Assembly (NCBI GenBank): GCA_964106645.2
Contig: OZ067041.1
Strand: one strand, 5' to 3'
Source: Podarcis pityusensis
Taxonomy: Eukaryota
Length of the DNA: 64,000 nt
This document shows positions 10,405 through 23,419 of the stretch, piece after piece (position 1 is the first letter of the stretch; every line of letters starts with the position of its first letter). The notes beneath the pieces are model-generated. The model saw only the letters and a list, made by a program, of their open reading frames with translations. It did no database searches and was not told the DNA's origin. Position numbers and translations under genes: made by a program.

Positions 10405-11137
10405 GTACACTAACATGTAACAGTAAGTATATGAGGCGAAATGTTGATTTAGGAATCGGCTCAGAATTGTTGTATAAGCCTTTATACCCTTTACCAGCAA
10501 ATATAGAAAGAAAATCTGTATTAGAAAACAGATTAAACAGGAAGTTTACATTTGATAAACAGGCTCAGACACGACTACTGTGAAGCATTTTGTTATGAAG
10601 ACTGTGATACACAGAAATGATACTGCTACTTATTAACTCATAGATTTACAGAAGTGGATACAAGAGGCAGAAGATGAGCAAAGAGGTTAAGACATCTGAA
10701 CATATTTGAATAGTGTTGCACTGAAGACAACATACATACATATATATATTTGATATATAGATCATTCTGTTAAATACTTATAAGTAATCTGAAAGGTTAC
10801 TATTGAGTTGGATCAAAGTGCTTAACAGTGCACTCCTATATGTGTCTACTCAGAAGGAAGTTTCACTGAATTCAATTGAGACATATTTCCATGCAAATGC
10901 AGGAAAGACTGCAATCTTAATCCCTCATAACATCTTTTGTTTCCTTAACCACTTTTGTTTTTTATTTCATTTTAATAATCACATTACGGATAATATTTTG
11001 GAAAATTTTGCATACATCTTATGCTATACTGATGTGCTTTTTATTTTTGTTTGAACAAAAGAATAGCAGTGGCCAGCTTGCTAAATCAAATTAATGTACC
11101 GTACAGAAAATACGTATTGAAGCAATATTAATAAACA

Positions 11138-11151
11138 CCACCAGGTGGCGC
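11138..11151 (+). promoter_or_regulatory. Candidate CTCF site
   Basis: CCACCAGGTGGCGC is an exact match to the core consensus CCASYAGRKGGCRS, with its CpG retained in AT-rich intergenic DNA. Confidence 0.6.
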
Positions 11152-11352
11152 TTATGTACACACTGACTAAATCCTCACCAAATATGTTAACTTCTTTGTA
11201 CAATGATCCTCCTAGTGGACACCCACACCATAAAACATGTATCTACCATGTATGCTTGGAGGTTCAATCTAGATCTGAAATATTTGGTTGGCTCTTGCTG
11301 TTTTTGTGCAAGTGTGATCTAGTTTGTGATCTTTGCAATTCCAACCCCTGAG

Positions 11353-11378
11353 ACACACACACACACACACACACACAC
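11353..11378. repeat. (AC)n microsatellite
   Basis: Read directly from the sequence. Confidence 0.95.
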
Positions 11379-13069
11379 TTTCAAAAGTCGCATAAGAATT
11401 GCAATTTAAAACATCACAGGTTTCATGTTTGTAAAATAATTATTTATTCATATTTATAATCTGCCTTTCACCAAATGGTTACAGCATGGGTTATAAAAAT
11501 AGTACTACGTACATTACAATCATAAAATAAAATAAAAACAAACAAAATGTGCTTATCCCTACTCATATACTCAGCATAAGCAAATCATAATGTGGAATTC
11601 AGTATGGTGGCTTTGAGCAAAATAAATACTAGTCCCTTCCCCTTTTGGTGGGGGATGGTGTGCAATCCAAGGATATTTCTCAAGTTGGAATGGGAATCAT
11701 TTATGTTCCTTTGTCCTCTATTCATGAGAACTGTTCGTGGTCATCAAATGTCCAGTCTCCTCTTCTAGGGGCAACTCAAGATTCATTAAACTGAAGGAGC
11801 TGTTGCTTGTCTAGCAAACCAAAATCAGTCTTCAGTCGAAATCAGATTCCTTATGCCCTTGGAAAGGTGCAAGGAATGTTAGGGCCTCCCGGTGTTGCTG
11901 AACTACCATTCCCATCCGAAACCAGCAAGCAAGACCAGTGCCCAAAGACTTTGGGAACTGTTGTTTAACAACATCTGGAGAACCAAAGGTTCACCACACC
12001 TCCCCTAGAGAATATAATCTAGAGTCTAGAAACTCCTATATGTATTTTCTAGGAAGTGATATTGTAAAACAGCTAACAAAAGTGATCTATGTCAGGGTGA
12101 TATTGGCAGCTTTGCAGACAAAATATATTAAGTCAAGTGAAGGAATATCAGCAACTTGCTTGAAAAAAAAATTTCAGTTTTCGCATCTTAATTTCAGCAG
12201 TCCTGTGCAAGCAAGTAAGAGGTCTCTTCATACTTCAGTCAGCCTGTGCTTTTGGGAAACTGCACAGAAATCTCTCTCTTCCATAAATATACTTCGGTAT
12301 ATTTCATCCCCATAGTTACAGCAACACTTAGGTGACGAGTGGTGCCAGCACATTGTGCTCTTCCTTCTTCTGAAAGCTGAAGCAAATGCATCAAGCAGAC
12401 AAATATTCTAATTCTGACTGTAACCAGGTACTGTACTGTGCCTTCATTTCTTAAATGAGCCTTGTCCAGCTGTGTTATAATCAGGTGACCTTGCATCCAG
12501 TTCTGCAGGCTTTGTCTCTTTTCCATCACTAGAGAGCTACATTTAGGCCTACTGTTTCTTGGAGGCTTGTGTAAAGTGCAGAGGGGCAGAAACAAGCAAG
12601 GCTTCCTGCCAGATTCCTGTCCAAAGTAACTGGCTTGACAAAACAGCTGCCAGAATCTGTCCTGGAGGTCAAGGGGAAAAGAGAATCAGGGTGCAGTCAA
12701 CTGCACTGGCTGCTGCAAGAAAAGACAAGTGATGCAATGGTGGCTCAAAGCTGATGGTACAGAGCAAGAGTGGGGTGCCTGAGAACCTCCAGATGTTGCT
12801 GGACTCCAACTCTCATCATTTCCAGCCAGCATTGTCAGTGTAGTCCAAAAACCTCTGGATGCCACAAGATTATATTCCTACCTCCAGCCATCATGTGCCT
12901 GCCTTCTGAGTATTTGTATAGAAGGACATTTCCAGACAACCTACCTATTGTACATTCATCCTTGCACTAAAAAATATAAAATGGTGCAGTGGTTATAGAA
13001 CATTGCCTTCATGCAGTAGTTATCCCACACTTCCTTTTTCTCATCACTTTGCTTAGTGCAAAAAAGTGT

Positions 13070-13514
13070 GATTTGGGGAAGAAGTGAATTTGTTACACCA
13101 TTGCAGTGCCATTCCTCTTTATCACAGTGGTGGCTGAACCTCTCCATTTTGGTTTCTCTTTGATTCAGTTCAGTTCAGTTCTCCACATCTTCACATCAGT
13201 ATGTGAATGTTTTTTTAAGTTCTCGTGAAAAATTGTCAACGTTTTTAGTGCCAATTTTTCCTACTATATAGATTTTTACAAGCAACTTATCTTAACGTAA
13301 TGCAAGTTTTCCCTAATACTCATTATTAGGAACACCTTCCCCTAATATGCACATTTTTATCCACATTTATCAGTTGGAGAACTACATCGTAAAATTTAGA
13401 CAACTGTGAAACTCAAAGGAGAGCTGCATTTCAGTTTGCATTTGGTTTCTAGAAGTGCAAATTAGGTTGGGCCACGTTAAAATGTGAACCACACTGAAGT
13501 TCTCCTTAATCCCT
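13070..13514. mobile_element. Degenerate non-autonomous DNA transposon (hAT-like, ...atcccta terminus)
   Basis: Resembles a recalled common lizard repeat: internal cctaata repeats, right end gaagttctccttaatcccta; left end decayed. Confidence 0.45.
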
Positions 13515-14229
13515 AATTTATCACAATGTAGCCGCTTTCTTGGGGGTGGATTATGAAGGCGCCCTTTCTTGTGCAAAGGACATATTCCAGCATCTCCCCA
13601 AATGGGTGAGAGATCCATGCAAGAGTCTGGAAGTGACCTAAGACTGTTGTTGTTTTTAAAGTATATATGCTAAAGCTCTAATCACGTACAGGATCACTGT
13701 GGTTTGTCTGATCCTCCCCCTGCCACAGCCTCCCTAGGAGCATTAAGAACAACAAAATTCCACGTGCATATACAAGGCTCCATTTTTACACCTGCACAAA
13801 AAGAGACATAACAGGAGTAAACAGTAGGTGTACAAGCATAGCAATATTGCTTGCTTGCTGCCTGTAGACAGGGGCATCATGGATGGGAGATGTGAGCTAT
13901 AGCCCTACATCTTTCTCATATTACAGTTTCCAAAGAAATAAATCCATTAGTCTTTTGCAGCAACAAAAACAAGAGTCTTGTGGCACCTTCAAGATAAACA
14001 CATTTGGGAGGGCATAAATTATTACAGTATTTGTCATGGCATTACTTGTGAGCCCATTGCCTTGAGGAAAATTTGTAAAATCGAGAGTCTCAAAATATCT
14101 TTTTTTTTTTGTCAACCCTTTTAAATATTTCAGATTTATAGTGTTTCACAAGTCGTACTATAGGCTTTGTTTCAAGCTCAGCATGGTAGTGTAGTATGAC
14201 AGTACTTTGTTTTCAGTACTCACTGTATA

Positions 14230-14242
14230 GTTGCTAGGCAAC
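14230..14242. promoter_or_regulatory. Candidate RFX X-box
   Basis: GTTGCTAGGCAAC (reverse complement GTTGCCTAGCAAC), inside the near-perfect palindrome tagttgctaggcaacta. Confidence 0.45.
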
Positions 14243-15195
14243 TACCAGTGGCAGCAATTTGCATGGCTCTTTGTTTGGATTTTAATATGCAGGCATTAGA
14301 GCAATCTGATGCTGGCAATATAACCAGTGACAAATAAGTTCCTTCTGCATGTCAACTTCTTCTTCCATGGTGTATGTGTGTACGTTTGTGTTTTAATTTG
14401 TGTGCAAGTTACCATATATATTACTGTAGTGTATTTTGTGTTATAGCTTATTTGTTCGGGATATATATACGTGTATATATATATATATATATGAATGACA
14501 TAAGCACCTGTCACTAAATTTATATTTAAAACATAAAGGAAAATGATATGATAGGCAAGATATATTTAAAACATCTGCAAACCTTGTTTGCAATTCAAGT
14601 AAATTACAGGAACTGGTTTGTTCATAGATACAGAATAAGGAGAAATTAGTAGTTCAGAGAGAAAGAAATTGAATTGCAAGCTGCAATTATCATGCAAGGA
14701 AATCAAGTTTCTCAGTGATATGTAAAAATCATCCTATAATAATAATGAAATCTGTTTCCACTTCAGAGAAATATCTCTGTCTGTCTGAAAATCAAGGAGT
14801 CAGCAAAAAGCCAAGAGTGTAGACAAGGAGTAAACATTTTGTTGAAGTGGCAGCAGTCAGTGATGAATTAGCATCACTTTTGGCAATGCTTTGCTTTGCT
14901 TCAGACACGTTTGCAGACTCGTTGCTCCATAAACCACAGTGTGGCAGTCTTGGTAACTTGTGCTGAAAAGTTGAAGTGAAGGTGAATTGAGGGCTGTGAT
15001 TAAAATAGCTCTCTCATGAAAGTGTGCATGCAGACCAAAATGGAAATTCAGAAGATAAGGATGAGTCTCTCGGCATGTGAAATGTCAACTGGCACTTCTG
15101 ATTGGCAAAATAAAGGCACAAATACATGAATAACGGGGGAATTTCCTACCATAGAAAATGTTCAGCTATAATAATCAGCATGCGATGGGAAAATT

Positions 15196-15314
15196 CCAGA
15201 AGGGTAGCCATGTTAGGCTGTTGCAACAAAACCAACAAAAAGTATTAGGACATCTTCAAGACAGATTTATGGTGGCATTAGCTTTTGCAGACTAGAGCCC
15301 ACTTCATCAGACAC
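15196..15314. mobile_element. Penelope-like element remnant (second piece ~13945-14030)
   Basis: gtagccatgttaggctgttgcaacaaaacc...ttagcttttgcagactagagcccacttcatcaga, and agagtcttgtggcaccttcaaga, resemble sauropsid Penelope terminal repeats. Confidence 0.55.
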
Positions 15315-17646
15315 ACAAAATCTTTGGGGCATCTGTAATTGCCCCAAACCCAATGTCCAATCATAGACACCCACTGAAGTTCAGACTGTCCTTATTCTCA
15401 GAGGGGGTGGGTCTAAGTCTGTCACATCCTATTTCCAGGTCGATTTTAAAGAGGAACATTAAAAAAATCTACCCAGAAACAAATATTGTAAATATATATT
15501 TAAAACCATTGAGAATATATCCAAAACAACTTACAAGGTGGTCCAAGGGTTGTGCTCTGCCTCTGTTCCACCCACCCAGGGGTGCCAACTTGAATACAAT
15601 ATTGGGGGAGGGCAAGTAAGCCCTACCCTGCATAAATGAACTGCATCCTCCACATTCCACTCTCAACATCCCGATCTTTCCCTCATCTCTCTCTCCAAAA
15701 TGGCTGCCTGATACACCCTTATACACTGAGAGGTCTGCCCCCTCACTGTGCTGTGAACCTGAGGGAGCAGGCAATGGAGGGGCCATTGGTCCAGACCCCA
15801 TTAAACTCATGCAGGGTCCCTTGTGACATCCACTCCATCTTAGGAGCAGATATATAACAGGGGAAAGAATGTAATATATCAAATGAACATGTATACAGTA
15901 TAGCTAAATGAAGCAGTGCTCATCTGCACCTTAAGTTTGTTTTTATACTCTTTATTTCATAATCAGGCTTTATTTCAAAGTATATTGATTCCTCCGTGCA
16001 TTCAGAAGTCTTCACATTTGATAATAAAAACATGTTCTTCATAACTGAATCCCTTAGCAGTTAATCTCTGGTGTCTTCATTAGTGATGAGAATCGCACAG
16101 AGACCCAACTGCATCAAGTAAGCTGTGATATGCCACACGATTATTGTTGAAACTCATTTGCAAGTCTCTCTGTATACAAAGGAAGACAGAAAAAATGAAG
16201 TTTCCAATTTTAGAGCTCCAGATTAATACAATGGGAAAAGGTTGCATATGTTAATCATTTTGCTTAACTAAAACAGTATCTTATACATCCTCTTCATTTA
16301 ATACTAAATATTTTAACTGGGTTAGTATATGCATTAAGAATTTTATCAGAGAACTTGTAAAAAAAAAAAAGCACTTAAGTTGCAATTCAACCCTAAATAT
16401 AATGACTAATTCAACCCTAACTATAAATCCCACTGAGCTCAGGATTTAATGCTGCATAAACATGCACAAGATGGTGCCACAGGGCTGCACTCCTATACAC
16501 TTACGTGATAATAAGTCCCAACAGCTTAGAGAGTATGCCCTGAGAGCAAGAGCCAGTTTGTTTTCTCCCCTCTGAAAGTTGGCCTAAATTTGCACCTATA
16601 CATATTAATGAGCATATGCAAATTTTATGCCTCCGCATCTTCTAAGTACCCAACAATGCCCTTTTGCCTGTATCTGTTTCATCACGTATCTGAGTTCAAA
16701 CACCATGTTATTGCAAAATAAATGGCATCCTAATGTACTTAGCTTGTTTCTGCTTGCAAGGTAGGCTGTGTATTTACTCAAGACTCCAGTGCTCTCCTAC
16801 TGCTGGTGTTTGAACCTCAGTACACAAGAAGTTAGCCACAATTCATCTTTACTCTGTAGTTTCTTTATTATGTGCTTTTCGTCAAAACAGCTTCCAAACC
16901 ATTTGAAACCATAAGCCACAGTTAAGGCAAGGTGTTTACATTTTAGGCATCCATTGTGCATGCGTAGATGACTGCTGCATTGAACAGGAGTTGGGGCTGT
17001 GGGCGCAAGAAAACAAGCCAGGTAGTGATATGCACAGCAATGTAAAAGGCAACCTGAAATGCAGTGTGGGAAATGGCATTTAAAGCTGCTAACATTTACG
17101 TGCCCCTAGTCTACTCTGTACTAAAAACCTGTGGTCATTTGGGGAGGGGAGAGTGTCGCATTAATTTTGTATGGGAAATTCTGCTTTTATCGCTCCTATG
17201 CCCTTCATATCTTTGGCTTTACTTGCATGCTTGGGTCTCTAATCAACAGCCCCTCGCACATACACAGCTGTAATAATGGTACTGGGTGCAATTAAAAAAT
17301 ACATATCAAATTTGGTACCCCTCTTTTTGCCAGCATTCATGCATTCACTCTTCCTACCACATTTATTAAGGGTATCAAAATGTTATATTTATCACTAGTT
17401 TCTAAGGTGATTTCCAGTGGCTGAATCGCTGCTGTAATTCAGCTGCAAAGAGGCATACAGTAAGGCTGTCTTGCCTTCTTTGCTTTTTCATTTTAACTAT
17501 AGAACTCCTGGGGTGTGTGTTGAGTCAAAATCTAGAAATTTAAGGGCTAGAGATTAACAGACTAAATCATACACTCTGGGTTTACATCAAAGATACTTTA
17601 ATATATTTGTATGAAATGTGTTTCCCAAAGTGAATTACCTAATTAA

Positions 17647-18242
17647 TGGGGCAATCCTATGGCAATATCTTCCAGGATGAGCAACCGGGGTACAGTGGAT
17701 CTCTGGATCAACTGGCTGATTCCTGGCTCAGAGGGTGTTAACTCCCCAACCTCATCTCAGCTGAAGATACGCCAACATAACTTGCTCATCCCATCTTAGC
17801 CTGCTGAGCCGAGCCCAATGTAAGTCCCCCAAAAGGGGCATTCTGGAGGTGTGGCAGGAATGGGACCACAGAAGGGGACTTAGGTTGGATCCCAAGGTTT
17901 TTCAGCTTGGTCACGTGACCTAATAACAAAACCATTTTAAAGATTTGTTTGCCCTCTTTCCAGTGACTGATTTAGGGGAGAGTGACTGCTTTGGTTGCAC
18001 TGGGTACGGAGCTTCAGGGGAACTGTAACTATGATGTAGAATGGAAGGGGAGAGGTGGGGGGCACAAAATTTTGGTGTTGCACTAGGCACCACTAAAATT
18101 TGAGACCCAAACATCGGCCGCTGCTCTGCCAGACTTGGAGAGAGCAGCAGCCCCATTACTGAATGGGTTTTGGATCTGGTGTAACTTTATCTTGTAACAC
18201 TGGCTTGCTTAATGCCAGCTTCTTCTGCATTGGATTGCTCCC
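17647..18242. mobile_element. Harbinger-like non-autonomous element
   Basis: Inverted termini ggggcaatcctatg / cattggattgctccc. Related short gcaatcc...ggattgc elements occur at ~10827-10915, ~19520-19610, ~24195-24280 and ~62363-62627. Confidence 0.5.
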
Positions 18243-20849
18243 AAAATCAGTTTGGCCGCCTCTTTGGGTACGCATACAAACACTATATTCTTAAAGACAT
18301 CACCCTTGTGTAGTCTTTTTGAATTAATAAAATGGAAGCAGTGGCCACATATTTAGAGTTAGAATTTTTAACTATTAATATAGTGTGTGTATGAATACTT
18401 ACCAAAGTCAACATTCTCCCACCATCTGATATACGTTTGAATCTGCCTGTTTCGGTGCCACTGATCTGTTTCATGAAAATGGTCCAATGGGCTTTTTTTC
18501 ACTTTCCTTTGGAACACAGAAGGGCTCCATTTTTCATTAGCTAAGGTGTATTTATCTGCGAAATGGTTTTTTAAATTTCCCAAATCTTCAAGACAATCAT
18601 ACTGCACTTATCTTTTCTTAAAAAATTATGGCAAATAACTGAACCCCATGAATGCTATGCTAGAGAACAGAAACACTGATGCCATTACATGTTTATCCTC
18701 AGACCACTCTCTCTACAGTCCTGGTTTGGGACTGGGCAGGCAATTGACTTTTGATCCCTGTTCTCACAACAGACCCAACACCCTGCGGAAATCCCAGTTT
18801 TTAAAATAACTGGAAAACACTTCCTTTAATGTTCTAGGGTTGAAGTTAACATATTACCCTTGGATCAATGAATACGCCCAGATGATGTCTTTCTTTGATG
18901 TAACAGCTATGCTAAATAAACTGGCCACAATAAAAACATGAAGCAAATAAAACACCTGTTTATCTATTTTTATTATTGCCTTGTGATGTACTCTTAAGCT
19001 CTCACTCTGTTTATGGATCTGGAACTAGCCCTATGGATCCCTGTAGAGGCTGGCAATGAACAAATTATAACCAATGCGAAACAGATCTAAGTGCACTATA
19101 TGAGGCTTGGGATAAAGAACACAAGAACACAAGGCAGATGGAAAGTAGTGCTTCAGTCTATTGAATCTTCAGGGGGCCAATAGCAACTGAAAAACCTGCA
19201 CATAGCTGGGAGAGAAATGAACTAGATTTGTAGAGAAGGTACCTTATGGAGGGGATAAGCCTTTTCTGGGGTTCATAGGCATATAAACTTCATTCAGGCT
19301 ACTGTGCTGTGCTGAATATGGAAACAGGTAATGAGAACCATATTCAGCCTTGGGATACGATGTAGGGTGATTGGCTTATTAAAATATCACAATTAAAAGA
19401 CTTAGTGATAGTACTATTGGTGTATGCAAAGTTTTGCAGTATCAGCACACAAGCTAAGGTTACATTACCATCAGACCTACCATTAGACTACGTTGGGGGA
19501 ACAAAATTAGATTCTTATATAGCCCAATCCTACGGGTGTTTATTCAGAAATAAGTCACACTGAGTTCAGAGGGATTAATTCCCGTAAACAAAAGCATATG
19601 ATTTCAGCTTTTTTTCCTGTATACTTCTACATAAAAAGCTTTTCTAAACTATGGAATTAGTAATTTCAGCAAGTGATCAGGGTAATTGTCACACGGAGTG
19701 TATTGCAATTAAAACATTTGCAGAAAGGATTAGGGCTATTGATGCCAGCAATTCCCTTTTTCGTCGAAATGCGCTCTGATGGAGATGGCAGGTAGCAGAT
19801 CTGGGGGTACCATTAAAGGACAGCAAATTGTCAATTAATTATAAATGGCATCCAAAGCTCCGCAAGTAGAAGTCCAGTAGTGAAAGGGGGACCTGCCTGC
19901 CAGTCCTGCCTCCTGCATCTCCCCCCAAAAAGGCACCTGAGGATTGGCAGACTCTCAATAAAGGCCTAGGATGTGATTTGTGCACATGGAGGGGATGATT
20001 GGCTGTCTCTATTTGCCCGGGGGGGGGGGGCATTGATATTATTTATGAGTTTGTCTCGCACAAGCAATAGTTGTGACTTTCCCCAACTATTCATAGTCCC
20101 TGTATGTAGTTATATTTACTCAAGTTGCATTGTGGAAGTGTGGAGCGTTTTAAGATAGCAGTTAGAATGAAGGATGTAATGCTTCCTAAAGCTGAGGTTG
20201 GGAATTGTTAAAAGCAAGAGGGCTGAGAACATAAAATGGAGGCTGCAGCTCTAAATAAAAATAATGTATAATATAAGGCGGGGCTTTCCTTTGCTTTAAG
20301 CTGCCAAGGTAACTGCATTTTCAGCCTCAATTTCTTACAACAGAAGGGGGAGGTGGGGACCGCTTATGCTTTTATTGCCAGGGCTGTCACGATCTGAGCT
20401 CTGGAGCACATGTCACCCGCAAAGAAGTGAAAGCAAAGTGAAGTGCTTTCAAGCACAAAAGGGGCACAAAGCAACACAAGAAAAATATTATCGGGGAAGG
20501 AATAAAAGAGATCTTGAGAAAAATAAACCAGGCTTTGCTCCGAAAGGAGTCACGCAGAGCGCCTGTCACGGCTTGACTGCCCTAATTATAGAGAGAAATG
20601 CAGCATCTTCGTGAATTGAAGGCGTAAATAATTCGCTGGCAAGGGGGCTCCTCGATGCGATTTGGCTTTAGGGTTGAATCTGCATTACACCAAAAACACG
20701 GGGGGGGGCAGGGGGAGCTGCCCGAATTTCTAAAGGACCACGACTGCTGTCGAGTTTTCATTGCATCTGTTCTCAGCAGAGGGATCGGATTAAATTACTG
20801 CCAATTTAGCCTGAATGAAACGTTTCTCTCCTCCCCCCCCGCCTCCCCA

Positions 20850-22210
20850 GACCCCTCCCCGCAAGAGGGGAAGAGAGCCTCAAGCAGCAGCACCAGGAGA
20901 AGGAGGCAGCCAGGCGCGGTACGAGAGGGAGGGGAAAAGTGATCGACAGATCCAATGAGGGGAAGGCAGCCAACGGGCTTCCACGGAGACTGGAGACAAT
21001 TGATCTGCGGGAGCTGGCTCAGGCTCCCTCTTCAACGTGAGGCGTGCACAGCCTCAGCCTCGCAGCTCGCCGGACCTGGCTGCAAAGCTGCGCGGCTGTG
21101 ATCCGGGGCCACTTCCTCGTGGCGGCCGAATCGCGCTAGATCTCCACCAAGCCGGCCAGACCCCGTTGGCGAAGCGGGTTTCTTTTCTGTTATTTTGCTT
21201 TTTTCATTGCTTGCTTGTTTTGCTCTTTGCTTGACATTTCCCTGAGAGGCAAAGTGCGCCTCAGCAGCCAGCCAGCCGCCGTCGGGTCCCCACGTGCACA
21301 CGCGGGTGCCGATCACATTGGCAGGCTGGTGCTGCAGACTTGAATTTGAGGAGTAGCGGGAGCAGAAGCAGGAGCTAGAGAAAGAAAGAAGCGAGTTTCT
21401 CAGAAGCTCTTTGGCGCAGCAAGGGTTGCAAAGAGAAGGCATTGATTGCACCGAGTTGCGGCGGCGGGAGCAGCAGCAGCAGGATGCCGGCGGCTGCTGG
21501 CGACGGGCTCCTGAGCGAGCCCCCCGCGGCGAGCTTCGGCGACGGCGGCGACGAGCCCACGACGCCCCCCCTCAGCCCCGAGGGGACGTTCCTGGCCGCC
21601 TGGGTCAACGCGGCCGCGTCCCGGGAGCGGCTCCGCGAGTTCCAGCACACCAAGCGCGTGGGCAATTACCTGATCGGAAGGAAGTTGGGCGAGGGGTCCT
21701 TCGCCAAAGTGCGGGAAGGGCTGCACGTCGTGACCGGAGAAAAGGTACTTGGCTCTCGCCCCGCGCTCGAGGGGGGGCAGCCTTTTGTTTTCCCGCCATA
21801 TGAACCGAGTCAGGCTTTGTTGCCCCCGAGGTGGCCCCACGTGAGGCGACCTCGCCGCCTCTTCCGCTGCCCGGACTGCTTCGGGCAGTTGCCTGCTTAT
21901 CGCCGCTTTGTCCCAGTACCGTCCCAGCCTCCCCCCCGCGGCCGAAATTTGGTTGAATGTCCGGTCAAGCGGTTCCCTCTTCCCCGACAGTCCCCCGCCG
22001 CCTCGCCCGTTCGCTCTGTCTATTCGCGCGCCGCGTCCCCCAAATTCCCGTCAGGGAGTCGCCCCCCAGGGGCCGCTGTTCGCTACTTTCCCGCTCACCC
22101 AGACGCTTCTCCCTCCGGTTCTCTTCCTATCCTTTGTAATAAGGATGGACGAGAGCTCCAGCGCTGGCTTTTTTGCTTAAATGGGCAAGCGCCCCCCGCG
22201 CTTTCCGTGC
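20850..22210. promoter_or_regulatory. CpG island / HUNK promoter, 5' UTR and start of intron 1
   Basis: High GC and CpG density around exon 1; CCAAT at ~20952; E-box CACGTG at 21291-21296; no ATG between ~20958 and the start codon at 21484. Confidence 0.85.
21484..21744 (+). CDS. HUNK: HUNK (hormonally up-regulated Neu-associated kinase) exon 1
   Basis: aggATGccg start; MPAAAGDGLLSEP...RVGNYLIGRKLGEGSFAKVREGLHVVTGEK (Gly-rich loop); donor AAG|gtactt; 261 nt, phase 0. Confidence 0.96.
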
Positions 22211-22563
22211 GTGGGATTCTTCCTATGGCAAGGGGTAATAATAACAATAATCAAGAAACAAAACACATAGCAGGAGGGGTATTCCAGTGTTGAGGTGCAC
22301 CAAGAGAAGAGAGCCACCAAAGACATAAAATGTGAGGTGGCCGAATGCAGCAATGCCTTGTGGCACTTAAAAAAATATGACAGCACAATCCTATGCCTGT
22401 GTGCAATGGTTGTTGTATTGTGCTCCACTGAACATACAGTAATGGGATTAATCACTGTATAAGCATGCATAGGGTTGTGCTTTTTAATGTGACATGTAAG
22501 CTGCCTTAAGAACCAAAGAGGAACTCTGCTGAATCAGGCCAAAGGCTCAACTAGCCCAATATT

Positions 22564-22827
22564 CTGCCAACCTAGCAGTTCAAAAGCACACCAGTGCAAG
22601 TAGATAAATAGGTACTGCTGCTGCAGGAAGGTAAACAGCTTTTCCATGTGTTCTGTTACTCGGTACGGTGTTCCGTTGTGCCAGAAGCGGTTTAATCATG
22701 CTGGCCACATGACCCACAAAGCAGTCTGCGGGCAAACGCCGTCTCCCTCGGCCTGAAGCGAGATGAGCACCGCAGCCCATAGTCCCTTTGACTGGACTTA
22801 ACCATCCAGGGGTCCTTTACCTTTTAC
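22564..22827 (+). mobile_element. Sauria (Squam1) SINE, 5'-truncated, diverged copy
   Basis: ctgccaacctagcagttc...gtgcaagtagataaataggtac...catgctggccacatgaccc...ggggtcctttacctttt tail; homologous to the reverse complement of 40918-41280. Confidence 0.9.
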
Positions 22828-23419
22828 GTTCTGTTTTTATTACAGTGTAGAGGCTGTTGGTCCAATAGAGACTATGCCACACACACAAAAACACAGAAGT
22901 TGTGTGGCCATAGCAAAGTACACAGTAATCAGTAGTTGCCCAGGCTTTTGCAGTAGATATGTTATGCATTTTCCAATTAGTAAAAATAAAGCATTTAGTG
23001 CTGCGAAGATGCAATAACACTACAACAGGCGCTCAATACAGACTGTGTCTGGATTTGACATAACTAATGGGTGACAACCACACCTAGAAAGGTTCTTGCT
23101 TTTGGCATTATTCAGTGTGTGCTCTAAATATAATAACTTTGTTGATAACATGCAGCTTTGCTCAATAGTATATGACACAAATGACCATGCTTAATTAAAC
23201 CACGTACACTTAAATGGTAGTGTAAGGGAAATAAGTAGGGCCATTCCAGGACAACTCCAAAATGTGATTTGAAGATGACAACTCCAGAATATTTTGGAAA
23301 CTCTTACCAAACAGGTATGTGGGTTAATGCTTGACAGCGACACTGGACTCTTGGGTAATTGTGGTGTGTGACCCAGTGATCCAGAGATCTTGTATGGCTA
23401 AACTTCAGAAGTGTTTCTG

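Noticed and set aside
16384-16426. Telomere-like aaccctaa in a 24-bp-period duplication
   Set aside because: Only a two-copy local tandem duplication, not an interstitial telomeric array.
21442-22293. 283-aa ORF read as a single-exon kinase or with an N-terminal extension from TTG
   Set aside because: HUNK homology spans only 21484-21744. The remainder is GC-rich intron read-through past a canonical donor, and an in-frame TAG at 21376 limits any extension.
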